From NCBI GenBank assembly GCA_964016885.1, contig OZ024743.1:132060001-132124000 (forward strand): DNA of 64,000 nt. Reading direction: 5' to 3'. The position numbers and the translations under genes were made by a program. Below are positions 1 through 11,159 of the stretch, piece by piece. Every line of letters begins with the position of its first letter. The first letter of the stretch is position 1. The DNA comes from Eledone cirrhosa. Its lineage: Eukaryota. Under the pieces are notes generated by a model, which was not told the DNA's origin, made no database searches, and saw nothing but the letters and a program-made list of their open reading frames with translations.

Positions 1-3000
1 TTGGTGCTTCGTGTTTGGTGTTTGGTGTTTGGTGCTTGGTGTTTGGTGTTTGGTGCTTGGTGCTTGGTGTTTGGTGCTTGGTGCTTGGTGTTTGTACTTG
101 GTGCTTGGTGCTTGGTGTTTGGTGCTTGGTTCTTGGTGTTTGGTGCTTGGTGTTTGGAGCTTGGTGCTTGGTGTTTGGTGCTTGGTGCTTGGTGTTTGTA
201 CTTGGTGCTTGGTGCTTGGTGTTTGGTGCTTGGTTCTTGGTGTTTGGTGCTTGGTGTTTGGAGCTTGGTGCTTGGTGTTTGGTGCTTGGTGCTTGGTGTT
301 TGGTGTTTGGTGCTTGGTGCTTGGTGTTTGGTGTTTGGTGCTTAGTGTTTGGTGTTTGGTGCTTGGTGCTTGGTGTTTGTTGCTTGGTACTTGGTGCATG
401 GTGTTTGGTGCTGGGTGCTTGGTGTTTGGTGCTTGGTGTTTGGTGCTTGGTGCTTGGTGTTTGGTGTTTGGTGTTTGATGCTTGGTGTTTTATGCTTGGT
501 GCTTGGTGTTTGGTGCTTGGTGTTTGTACTTGGTGCTTGGTGCTTGGTGTTTTGTGCTTGGTTCTTGGTGTTTGGTGTTTGGTGCTTTGTTCTTGGTGCT
601 TGGTGTTAGGTGTTTGGTGCTTGGTGCTTGGTGTTTGGTGTTTGGTCCTTGGTGCTTGGTGCTTGGTGTTTAGTGCCTGGTGCTTGGTGTTTGTTGTTTG
701 GTGCTTTCTGTTTGCTGCTTGGTGTTTGCTGCTTGGTGCTTGGTGTTTGGTGTTTGGTGCTAGGTGCTTGGTGTTTGGTGTTTGGTGTTTGATGCTTGGT
801 GTTTGGTGCTTGGTGTTTGGTGCTTGGTGCTTGGGGCTTGGTGTTTGGTGCTTGGTGCTTGGTGCTTGGTGATTGGTGCTTGGTGCTTGGTGTTTGGTGC
901 TTGGTGCTTGGTGCTTGGTCTTTGGTGCTTGGTGTTTGGTGTTTGGTGCTTGGTGCTTTGTGTTTGGTGCTTGGTGATTAGTGTTTGGTGCTTGGTACTT
1001 GGTGTTTGGTGCTTGGTGTTTGGTGTTTGCTGTTTGGTGTTTGGTGTTTGGTGTTTGCTGTTTGGTGTCTGCTTTTTGGTGTTTGGTGTTTGCTGTATGG
1101 TGTTTGCTGTTTCGTGTTTGGTGTTTGCTGTTAGGTGTTTGGTGTTTGCTGTTTGGTGTTTGGTCTTTGGTGCTTGGTGTTTGGTGCTTGGTGCTTGGTG
1201 TTTGGTGTTTGGTGCTTGGTGCTTGGTGCTTGGTGTTTGGTGCTTGGTGTCTGGTGCTTGGTGTCTGGTGCTTGGTGTTTGGTGTTTGGTGTATGGTGCT
1301 TGGTGTTTGGTGTTTGGTTTTTGGTGTTTGGTGCTTGTTGCTTGGTGCTTGGTGCTTGGTGTTTGGTGCTTGGTGCTTGGTGTTTGGTGCTGGGTGCTTG
1401 GTGTTTGGTGCTTGGTGCTTGGTGCTTGGTGTTTGGTGTTTGGTGTTTGGTGTTATATGCTTGGTGTTTGATGCTTGGTGCTTGGTGCTTGGTGTTTGGT
1501 GTTTGGTCCTTGGTGTTTTATTCTTGGTGTTTGATGTTTGGTGCTTGGTGCTTGGTGTTTGGTGCTTGGTGCTTGGTGTTTGGTGCTTGGTGCTTGGTGC
1601 TTGGTCTTTGGTGCTTGGTGTTTGGTGTTTGGTGCTTGGTGCTTTGTGTTTGGTGCTTGGTGATTAGTGTTTGGTGCTTGGTACTTGGTGTTTGGTGCTT
1701 GGTGTTAGGCGTTTGCTGTTTGGTGTTTGGTGTTTGGTGTTTGGTGCTTGGTGCTTTGTGTTTGGTGCTTGGTGATTAGTGTTTGGTGCTTGGTACTTGG
1801 TGTTTGGTGCTTGGTGTTAGGCGTTTGCTGTTTGGTGTTTGGTGTTTGGTGTTTGCTGTTTGGTGTCTGCTTTTTGGTGTTTGGTGGTTGCTGTATGGTG
1901 TTTGCTGTTTCGTGTCTGGTGTTTGCTGTTTGGTGTTTGGTGTTTGCTGTTTGGTGTTTGGTCTTTGGTGCTTGGTGTTTGGTGCTTAGTGCTTGGTGTT
2001 TGGTGTTTGGTGCTTGGTGTTTGGTGTTTGGTGCTTGGTGCTTGGTGCTTGGTGTTTGGTGCTTGGTGTCTGGTGCTTGATGTCTGGTGCTTGGTGCTTG
2101 GTGTTTGGTGTTTGGTGCTTGGTGTTTGGTGTTTGGTGTTTGGTGTTTGGTGCTTGTTGCTTGGTGCTTGGTGCTTGGTGTTTGGTGCTTGGTGCTTGGT
2201 GTTTGGTGCTGGGTGCTTGGTGTTTGGTGCTTGGTGCTTGGTGTTTGGTGTTTGGTGCTTGGTGCTTGGTGTTTGGTGTTTGGTGTTATATGCTTGGTGT
2301 TTGGTGCTTGGTGCTTGGTGTTTGGTGTTTGGTTCTTGATGCTTGGTATTTGGTGCTTGGTGCTTGCTGCTTGGTGTTTGGTGCTTGGTGATTGATGCTT
2401 GGTGTTTGGTGCTTGGTGCTTGGTGTTTGGTTTTTGGTGCTAGGTGCTTGGTGCTTGGTGTTTGGTGCTTGGTGTTTGGTGTTTGGTGCTTGGTGCTTGG
2501 TGTTTGGTACTTGCTGCTTGGAGCTTGGTGTTTGGTGCTTAGTGCTTGGTGTTTGGTGTTTGGTGTTTGGTGCTTGGTGCTTGGTGTTTGGTGCTTGGTG
2601 CTTGGTGCTGGGTGGTTGGTGTTTGGTGCTTGGTGCTTGGTGTTTCGTGCTTGGTGCTTGGTGCTTGGTCTTTGGTGTTTGGTGTTTATTGCTTGGTGCT
2701 TGGTGCTTGGTGCTTGGTGCTTGGTCCTTGGTGTTTGGTGCTTGGTGCTTGGTGTTTGGTGTTTGGTGCTTGGTGCTTGGTGCTTCGTGTTTGGTGTTTG
2801 GTGTTTGGTGCTTGGTGTTTGGTGTTTGGTGCTTGGTGCTTGGTGTTTGGTGCTTGGTGCTTGGTGTTTGTACTTGGTGCTTGGTGCTTGGTGTTTGGTG
2901 CTTGGTTCTTGGTGTTTGGTGCTTGGTGTTTGGAGCTTGGTGCTTGGTGTTTGGTGCTTGGTGCTTGGTGTTTGTACTTGGTGCTTGGTGCTTGGTGTTT

Positions 3001-4357
3001 GGTGCTTGGTTCTTGGTGTTTGGTGCTTGGTGTTTGGAGCTTGGTGCTTGGTGTTTGGTGCTTGGTGCTTGGTGTTTGGTGTTTGGTGCTTGGTGCTTGG
3101 TGTTTGGTGTTTGGTGCTTAGTGTTTGGTGTTTGGTGCTTGGTGCTTGGTGTTTGTTGCTTGGTACTTGGTGCATGGTGTTTGGTGCTGGGTGCTTGGTG
3201 TTTGGTGCTTGGTGTTTGGTGCTTGGTGCTTGGTGTTTGGTGTTTGGTGTTTGATGCTTGGTGTTTTATGCTTGGTGCTTGGTGTTTGGTGCTTGGTGTT
3301 TGTACTTGGTGCTTGGTGCTTGGTGTTTTGTGCTTGGTTCTTGGTGTTTGGTGTTTGGTGCTTTGTTCTTGGTGCTTGGTGTTAGGTGTTTGGTGCTTGG
3401 TGCTTGGTGTTTGGTGTTTGGTCCTTGGTGCTTGGTGCTTGGTGTTTAGTGCCTGGTGCTTGGTGTTTGTTGTTTGGTGCTTTCTGTTTGCTGCTTGGTG
3501 TTTGCTGCTTGGTGCTTGGTGTTTGGTGTTTGGTGCTAGGTGCTTGGTGTTTGGTGTTTGGTGTTTGATGCTTGGTGTTTGGTGCTTGGTGTTTGGTGCT
3601 TGGTGCTTGGGGCTTGGTGTTTGGTGCTTGGTGCTTGGTGCTTGGTGATTGGTGCTTGGTGCTTGGTGTTTGGTGCTTGGTGCTTGGTGCTTGGTCTTTG
3701 GTGCTTGGTGTTTGGTGTTTGGTGCTTGGTGCTTTGTGTTTGGTGCTTGGTGATTAGTGTTTGGTGCTTGGTACTTGGTGTTTGGTGCTTGGTGTTTGGT
3801 GTTTGCTGTTTGGTGTTTGGTGTTTGGTGTTTGCTGTTTGGTGTCTGCTTTTTGGTGTTTGGTGTTTGCTGTATGGTGTTTGCTGTTTCGTGTTTGGTGT
3901 TTGCTGTTTGGTGTTTGGTGTTTGCTGTTTGGTGTTTGGTCTTTGGTGCTTGGTGTTTGGTGCTTGGTGCTTGGTGTTTGGTGTTTGGTGCTTGGTGCTT
4001 GGTGCTTGGTGTTTGGTGCTTGGTGTCTGGTGCTTGGTGTCTGGTGCTTGGTGTTTGGTGTTTGGTGTTTGGTGCTTGGTGTTTGGTGTTTGGTGTTTGG
4101 TGTTTGGTGCTTGTTGCTTGGTGCTTGGTGCTTGGTGTTTGGTGCTTGGTGCTTGGTGTTTGGTGCTGGGTGCTTGGTGTTTGGTGCTTGGTGCTTGGTG
4201 CTTGGTGTTTGGTGTTTGGTGTTTGGTGTTATATGCTTGGTGTTTGATGCTTGGTGCTTGGTGCTTGGTGTTTGGTGTTTGGTCCTTGGTGTTTTATTCT
4301 TGGTGTTTGATGTTTGGTGCTTGGTGCTTGGTGTTTGGTGCTTGGTGCTTGGTGTTT
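1..4357 (+). repeat. Segmental duplication within the array: ~1-1581 repeated at ~2777-4357 (offset 2776)
   Basis: ORF-track entries match at a constant offset (349/3125, 482/3258, 610/3386, 764/3540, 981/3757). The copies share rare units (TTAGTGC-CTGGTGC at ~670/3446, TTTATTC at ~1517/4293). Confidence 0.9.
1013..1166 (+). repeat. TTGCTGT/TTGGTGT sub-domain (first copy of a roughly 150-bp module recurring dozens of times)
   Basis: About 22 consecutive units with no TTGGTGC and with TTGCTGT every 2-4 units. Landmark units are CTGCTTT, ATGGTGT, TTCGTGT and a terminal TTGGTCT. It recurs at e.g. ~1830, 3800, 5850, 6670, 10490, 20100, 37750, 52170, 60160 and 63490. Confidence 0.9.
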
Positions 4358-7300
4358 GTACTTGGTGCTTGGTGCTTGGTTCTTGGTGTTTGGTGCTTGG
4401 TGCTTGGTGCTTGGTGCTTGGTGTTTGGTGCTTGGTGTTTGGTGCTTGGTGTTTGGTGCTTGGTGCCTGGTGCTTGGTGCTTGGTGCTTGGTGTTTGGTG
4501 CTTGGTGTTTGCTGCTTGGTATTAGGTGTTTGGTGCTTGGTGCTTGGTGTTTGGTGTTTGGTGCTTGGTGTTTGGTGCTTGGTGTTTGGTGTTTGGTGCT
4601 TGGTGTTTGGTGCTTGGTACTTGGTGCTTGGTGCTTGGTGTTAGGTGTTTGGTGCTTGGTGCTTGGTGTTTGGTTTTTGGTGCTTGGTGCTTGGTGTTTG
4701 GTGTTTGGTGCTTGCTGCTGGCTGCTTGGTGTTTGGTGCTTGGTGATTGGTGCTTGGTGTTTGGTGCTTGGTGTTTGGTGTTTGGTACTAGGTGCTTGGT
4801 GCTTGGTGTTTGGTGCTTGGTGCTTGGTGTTTGGTGCTTGGTGCTGGGTTCTGGGTGGTTGGTGTTTGGTGCTTGGTGTTTGGTGCTGGGTGCTTGGTGT
4901 TTGGTGCTTGGTGCTTGGTCTTTGGTGTTTGGTGTTTGGTGTTTGGGGCTTGGTGCTCGGTGCTTGGTGTTTGGTGCTCGGTGCTTGGTGTTTGGTGCTT
5001 GGTGCTTAGTGTTTGGTGCTAGGTGCTTGGGGTTTGGTGTTTGGTGCTTGGTGCTTGGTGTTTGGTGCTTGGTGCTTGGTGTTTGGTGTTTGGTGCTTGG
5101 TGCTTGGTGTTTGGTGTTTCCTGTTTGCTGTTTGGTGTTTGGTGTTTGGTGTTTGCTGTTTGGTGTTTGGTGTTTGGTGTTTGCTGTTTGGTGTCTGCTT
5201 TTTGGTGTTTGGTGTTTGCTGTATGTTATTTGCTGTTTGGTGTTTGGTGTTTGGTGTTTGGTGCTGGGGTTCTTGGTGTTTGGTGCTTGGTGCTTGGTGT
5301 TTGGTGCCTGGTGCTTGGGGCTTGGTGTTTGGTGTTTGGTGCTTGGTGCTTGGAGTTTGGTGTTTGGTGCTTGGTGCTTGGTGTTTTGTGTTTGGTGTTT
5401 GGTCTTTGGTGCTTGGTGCTTGGTGCTTGGTGCTTGGTCCTTGGTGTTTGGTGCTTGGTGCTTGGTGTTTGTACTTGGTGCTTGGTGCTTGGTGTTTGGT
5501 TCTTGGTTCTTGGTGTTTGGTACTTGGTGCTTGGTGCTTGGTGTTTGGTGCTTGGTGCTTGGTGTTTGGTGTTTGGTGTTTGGTGCTTGGTGCTTGGTGT
5601 TTGGTGCTTGGTGCTTGGTGCTGGGTGGTTGGTATTTGGTGCTTGGTGCTTGGTGTTTGGTGCTTGGTGCTTGGTGCTTGGTGTTTGGTGCTTGGTGCTT
5701 GGTGCTTTGTCTTTGGTGCTTGGTGTTTGGTGTTTGGTGCTCGGTGCTTTGTGTTTGGTGCTTGGTGATTAGTGTTTGGTGCTTGGTGCTTGGGGTTTGG
5801 TGTTTGGTGCTTGGTACTTGGTGTTTGGTGCTTGGTGTTTGGTGTTTGCTGTTTGGTGTTTGGTGTTTGGTGTTTGCTGTTTGGTGTCTGCTTTTTGGTG
5901 TTTGGTGTTTGCTGTATGATGTTTGCTGTTTCGTGTTTGGTGTTTGCTGTTTGGTGTTTGGTGTTTGCTGTTTGGTGTTTGGTCTTTGGTGCTTGGTGTT
6001 TGGTGCTTGGTGCTGGGTGTTTGGTGTTTGGTGCTTGGTGTCTGGTGTTTGGTGCTTGGTGCTTGGTGCTTGGTGTTTGCTGTTTGGTGTTTGGTGCTTG
6101 GTGTCTGGTGCTTGGTGTTTGGTGTTTGGTGTTTGGTGCTTGGTGTTTGGTGTTTGGTGTTTGGTGCTTGTTGCTTGGTGCTTGGTGCTTGGTGTTTGGT
6201 GCTTGGTGCTTGGTATTTGGTGCTGGGTGCTTGGTGTTTGGTGCTTGGTGCTTGGTGCTTGGTGTTTGGTGTTTGGTGCTAGGTGCTTGGTGTTTGGTGT
6301 TTGGTGTTTGATGCTTGGTGTTTGGTGCTTGGTGTTTGGTGCTTGGTGCTTGGGGCTTGGTGTTTGGTGCTTGGTGCTTGGTGCTTGGTGTTTGGTGCTT
6401 GGTGCTTGGTGTTTGGTGTTTGGTGTTTGGTGCTTGGTGCTTGGTGTTTGGTGCTTGGTGCTTGGTGCTGGGTGGTTGGTATTTGGTGCTTGGTGCTTGG
6501 TGTTTGGTGCTTGGTGCTTGGTGCTTGGTGTTTGGTGCTTGGTGCTTGGTGCTTGGTCTTTGGTGCTTGGTGTTTTGTGTTTGGTGCTTGGTGCTTTGTG
6601 TTTGGTGCTTGGTGATTAGTGTTTGGTGCTTGGTACTTGGTGTTTGGTGCTTGGTGTTAGGTGTTTGCTGTTTGGTGTTTGGTGTTTGGTGTTTGCTGTT
6701 TGGTGTCTGCTTTTTGGTGTTTGGTGTTTGCTGTATGGTGTTTGCTGTTTCGTGTCTGGTGTTTGCTGTTTGGTGTTTGGTGTTTGCTGTTTGGTGTTTG
6801 GTCTTTGGTGCTTGGTGTTTGGTGCTTGGTGCTTGGTGTTTGGTGTTTGGTGCTTGGTGTTTGGTGTTTGGTGCTTGGTGCTTGGTGCTTGGTGTTTGGT
6901 GCTTGGTGTCTGGTGCTTGGTGTCTGGTGCTTGGTGTTTGGTGTTTGGTGTTTGGTGCTTGGTGTTTGGTGTTTGGTGTTTGGTGTTTGGTGCTTGTTGC
7001 TTGGTGCTTGGTGCTTGGTGTTCGGTGCTTGGTGCTTGGTGTTTGGTGCTGGGTGCTTGGTGTTTGGTGCTTGGTGCTTGGTGTTTGGTGTTTGGTGCTT
7101 GGTGCTTGGTGTTTGGTGTTTGGTGTTATATGCTTGGTGTTTGGTGCTTGGTGCTTGGTGTTTGGTGTTTGGTTCTTGATGCTTGGTATTTGGTGCTTGG
7201 TGCTTGCTGCTTGGTGTTTGGTGCTTGGTGATTGATGCTTGGTGTTTGGTGCTTGGTGCTTGGTGTTTGGTTTTTGGTGCTAGGTGCTTGGTGCTTGGTG

Positions 7301-10300
7301 TTTGGTGCTTGGTGTTTGGTGTTTGGTGCTTGGTGCTTGGTGTTTGGTACTTGGTGCTTGGAGCTTGGTGTTTGGTGCTTAGTGCTTGGTGTTTGGTGTT
7401 TGGTGTTTGGTGCTTGGTGTCTGGAGCTTGGTGTTTGGTGTTTGGTGCTTGGTGTTTGGTGTTTGGTGCTTGGTGCTTGGTGTTTGGTGCTTGGTGCTTG
7501 GTGTTTGTACTTGGTGCTTGGTGCTTGGTGTTTGGTGCTTGGTTCTTGGTGTTTGGTGCTTGGTGTTTGGAGCTTGGTGCTTGGTGTTTGGTGCTTGGTG
7601 CTTGGTGTTTGTACTTGGTGCTTGGTGCTTGGTGTTTGGTGCTTGGTTCTTGGTGTTTGGTGCTTGGTGTTTGGAGCTTGGTGCTTGGTGTTTGGTGCTT
7701 GGTGCTTGGTGTTTGGTGTTTGGTGCTTGGTGCTTGGTGTTTGGTGTTTGGTGCTTAGTGTTTGGTGTTTGGTGCTTGGTGCTTGGTGTTTGTTGCTTGG
7801 TACTTGGTGCATGGTGTTTGGTGCTGGGTGCTTGGTGTTTGGTGCTTGGTGTTTGGTGCTTGGTGCTTGGTGTTTGGTGTTTGGTGTTTGATGCTTGGTG
7901 TTTTATGCTTGGTGCTTGGTGTTTGGTGCTTGGTGTTTGTACTTGGTGCTTGGTGCTTGGTGTTTTGTGCTTGGTTCTTGGTGTTTGGTGTTTGGTGCTT
8001 TGTACTTGGTGCTTGGTGTTAGGTGTTTGGTGCTTGGTGCTTGGTGTTTGGTGTTTGGTCCTTGGTGCTTGGTGCTTGGTGTTTAGTGCTTGGTGCTTGG
8101 TGTTTGTTGTTTGTTGCTTTCTGTTTGCTGCTTGGTGTTTGCTGCTTGGTGCTTGGTGCTTGGTGTTTGGTGTTTGGTGCTAGGTGCTTGGTGTTTGGTG
8201 TTTGGTGTTTGATGCTTGGTGTTTGGTGCTTGGTGTTTGGTGCTTGGTGCTTGGGGCTTGGTGTTTGGTGCTTGGTGCTTGGTGCTTGGTGTTTGGTGCT
8301 TGGTGCTTGGTGTTTGGTGTTTGGTGTTTGGTGCTTGGTGCTTGGTGTTTTGTGCTTGGTGCTTGGTGCTGGGTGCTTGGTATTTGGTGATTGGTGCTTG
8401 GTGCTTGGTGTTTGGTGCTTGGTGCTTGGTGCTTGGTCTTTGGTGCTTGGTGTTTGGTGTTTGGTGCTTGGTGCTTTGTGTTTGGTGCTTGGTGATTAGT
8501 GTTTGGTGCTTGGTACTTGGTGTTTGGTGCTTGGTGTTTGGTGTTTGCTGTTTGGTGTTTGGTGTTTGCTGTTTGGTGTTTGGTCTTTGGTGCTTGGTGT
8601 TTGGTGCTTGGTGCTTGGTGTTTGGTGTTTGGTGCTTGGTGCTTGGTGCTTGGTGTTTGGTGCTTGGTGTCTGGTGCTTGGTGTCTGGTGCTTGGTGTTT
8701 GGTGTTTGGTGTTTGGTGCTTGGTGTTTGGTGTTTGGTGTTTGGTGTTTGGTGCTTGTTGCTTGGTGCTTGGTGCTTGGTGTTTGGTGCTTCGTGCTTGG
8801 TGTTTGGTGCTGGGTGCTTGGTGTTTGGTGCTTGGTGCTTGGTGCTTGGTGTTTGGTGTTTGGTGTTTGGTGTTATATGCTTGGTGTTTGATGCTTGGTG
8901 CTTGGTGCTTGGTGTTTGGTGTTTGGTCCTTGGTGTTTTATGCTTGGTGTTTGATGTTTGGTGCTTGGTGCTTGGTGTTTGGTGCTTGGTGCTTGGTGTT
9001 TGTACTTGGTGCTTGGTGCTTGGTTCTTGGTGTTTGGTGCTTGGTGCTTGGTGCTTGGTGCTTGGTGTTTGGTGCTTGGTGTTTGGTGCTTGGTGTTTGG
9101 TGCTTGGTGCCTGGTGCTTGGTGCTTGGTGCTTGGTGTTTGGTGCTTGGTGTTTGCTGCTTGGTATTAGGTGTTTGGTGCTTGGTGCTTGGTGTTTGGTG
9201 TTTGGTGCTTGGTGTTTGGTGCTTGGTGTTTGGTGTTTGGTGCTTGGTGTTTGGTGCTTGGTACTTGGTGCTTGGTGCTTGGTGTTAGGTGTTTGGTGCT
9301 TGGTGCTTGGTGTTTGGTTTTTGGTGCTTGGTGCTTGGTGTTTGGTGTTTGGTGCTTGCTGCTGGCTGCTTGGTGTTTGGTGCTTGGTGATTGGTGCTTG
9401 GTGTTTGGTGCTTGGTGTTTGGTGTTTGGTACTAGGTGCTTGGTGCTTGGTGTTTGGTGCTTGGTGCTTGGTGTTTGGTGCTTGGTGCTGGGTTCTGGGT
9501 GGTTGGTGTTTGGTGCTTGGTGTTTGGTGCTGGGTGCTTGGTGTTTGGTGCTTGGTGCTTGGTCTTTGGTGTTTGGTGTTTGGTGTTTGGGGCTTGGTGC
9601 TTGGTGCTTGGTGTTTGGTGCTTGGTGCTTGGTGTTTGGTGCTTGGTGCTTAGTGTTTGGTGCTAGGTGCTTGGGGTTTGGTGTTTGGTGCTTGGTGCTT
9701 GGTGTTTGGTGCTTGGTGCTTGGTGTTTGGTGTTTGGTGCTTGGTGCTTGGTGTTTGGTGTTTCCTGTTTGGTGTTTGGTGTTTGGTGTTTGGTGTTTGC
9801 TGTTTGGTGTTTGGTGTTTGGTGTTTGCTGTTTGGTGTCTGCTTTTTGGTGTTTGGTGTTTGCTGTATGTTATTTGCTGTTTGGTGTTTGGTGTTTGGTG
9901 TTTGGTGCTGGGGTTCTTGGTGTTTGGTGCTTGGTGCTTGGTGTTTGGTGCCTGGTGCTTGGGGCTTGGTGTTTGGTGTTTGGTGCTTGGTGCTTGGAGT
10001 TTGGTGTTTGGTGCTTGGTGCTTGGTGTTTTGTGTTTGGTGTTTGGTTTTTGGTGCTTGGTGCTTGGTGCTTGGTGCTTGGTCCTTGGTGTTTGGTGCTT
10101 GGTGCTTGGTGTTTGTACTTGGTGCTTGGTGCTTGGTGTTTGGTTCTTGGTTCTTGGTGTTTGGTACTTGGTGCTTGGTGCTTGGTGTTTGGTGCTTGGT
10201 GCTTGGTGTTTGGTGTTTTGTGTTTGGTGCTTGGTGCTTGGTGTTTGGTGTTTGGTGCTTGGTGCTGGGTGGTTGGTATTTGGTGCTTGGTGCTTGGTGT

Positions 10301-10920
10301 TTGGTGCTTGGTGCTTGGTGCTTGGTGTTTGGTGCTTGGTGCTTGGTGCTTGGTCTTTGGTGCTTGGTGTTTGGTGTTTGGTGCTTGGTGCTTTGTGTTT
10401 GGTGCTTGGTGATTAGTGTTTGGTGCTTGGTGCTTGGGGTTTGGTGTTTGGTGCTTGGTACTTGGTGTTTGGTGCTTGGTGTTTGGTGTTTGCTGTTTGG
10501 TGTTTGGTGTTTGGTGTTTGCTGTTTGGTGTCTGCTTTTTGGTGTTTGGTGTTTGCTGTATGATGTTTGCTGTTTCGTGTTTGGTGTTTGCTGTTTGGTG
10601 TTTGGTGTTTGCTGTTTGGCGTTTGGTCTTTGGTGCTTGGTGTTTGGTGCTTGGTGCTGGGTGTTTGGTGTTTGGTGCTTGGTGTTTGGTGTTTGGTGCT
10701 TGGTGCTTGGTGCTTGGTGTTTGCTGTTTGGTGTTTGGTGCTTGGTGTCTGGTGCTTGGTGTTTGGTGTTTGGTGTTTGGTGCTTGGTGTTTGGTGTTTG
10801 GTGTTTGGTGCTTGTTGCTTGGTGCTTGGTGCTTGGTGTTTGGTGCTTGGTGCTTGGTGTTTGGTGCTGGGTGCTTGGTGTTTGGTGCTTGGTGCTTGGT
10901 GCTTGGTGTTTGGTGTTTGG
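1780..10920 (+). repeat. Degenerate tandem duplication of about 4.6-4.8 kb (~1.78-6.28 kb repeated at ~6.62-10.92 kb)
   Basis: Offsets are 4840 (1783/6623, 2343/7183), 4637 (3125/7762) and 4644 (4314/8958, 4526/9170, 5013/9657, 5772/10416). The offset changes are multiples of 7. Confidence 0.85.
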
Positions 10921-11159
10921 TGCTTGGTGCTTGGTGTTTGGTGTTTGGTGTTATATGCTTGGTGTTTGATGCTTGGTGCTTGGTGCTTGGTGTTTGGTGT
11001 TTGGTGCTTGGTGTTTTATGCTTGGTGTTTGATGTTTGGTGCTTGGTGCTTGGTGTTTGGTGCTTGGTGCTTGGTGTTTATACTTGGTGCTTGGTGCTTG
11101 GTTCTTGGTGTTTGGTGCTTGGTGCTTGGTGCTTGGTGCTTGGTGTTTGGTGCTTGGTG

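Noticed and set aside
10950-11090. TATA-like or -10-like motifs (TTATATGC, TTTATGC, TTTATAC)
   Set aside because: They are in-register mutated heptamer or hexamer units with no downstream gene, so promoter function cannot be supported.
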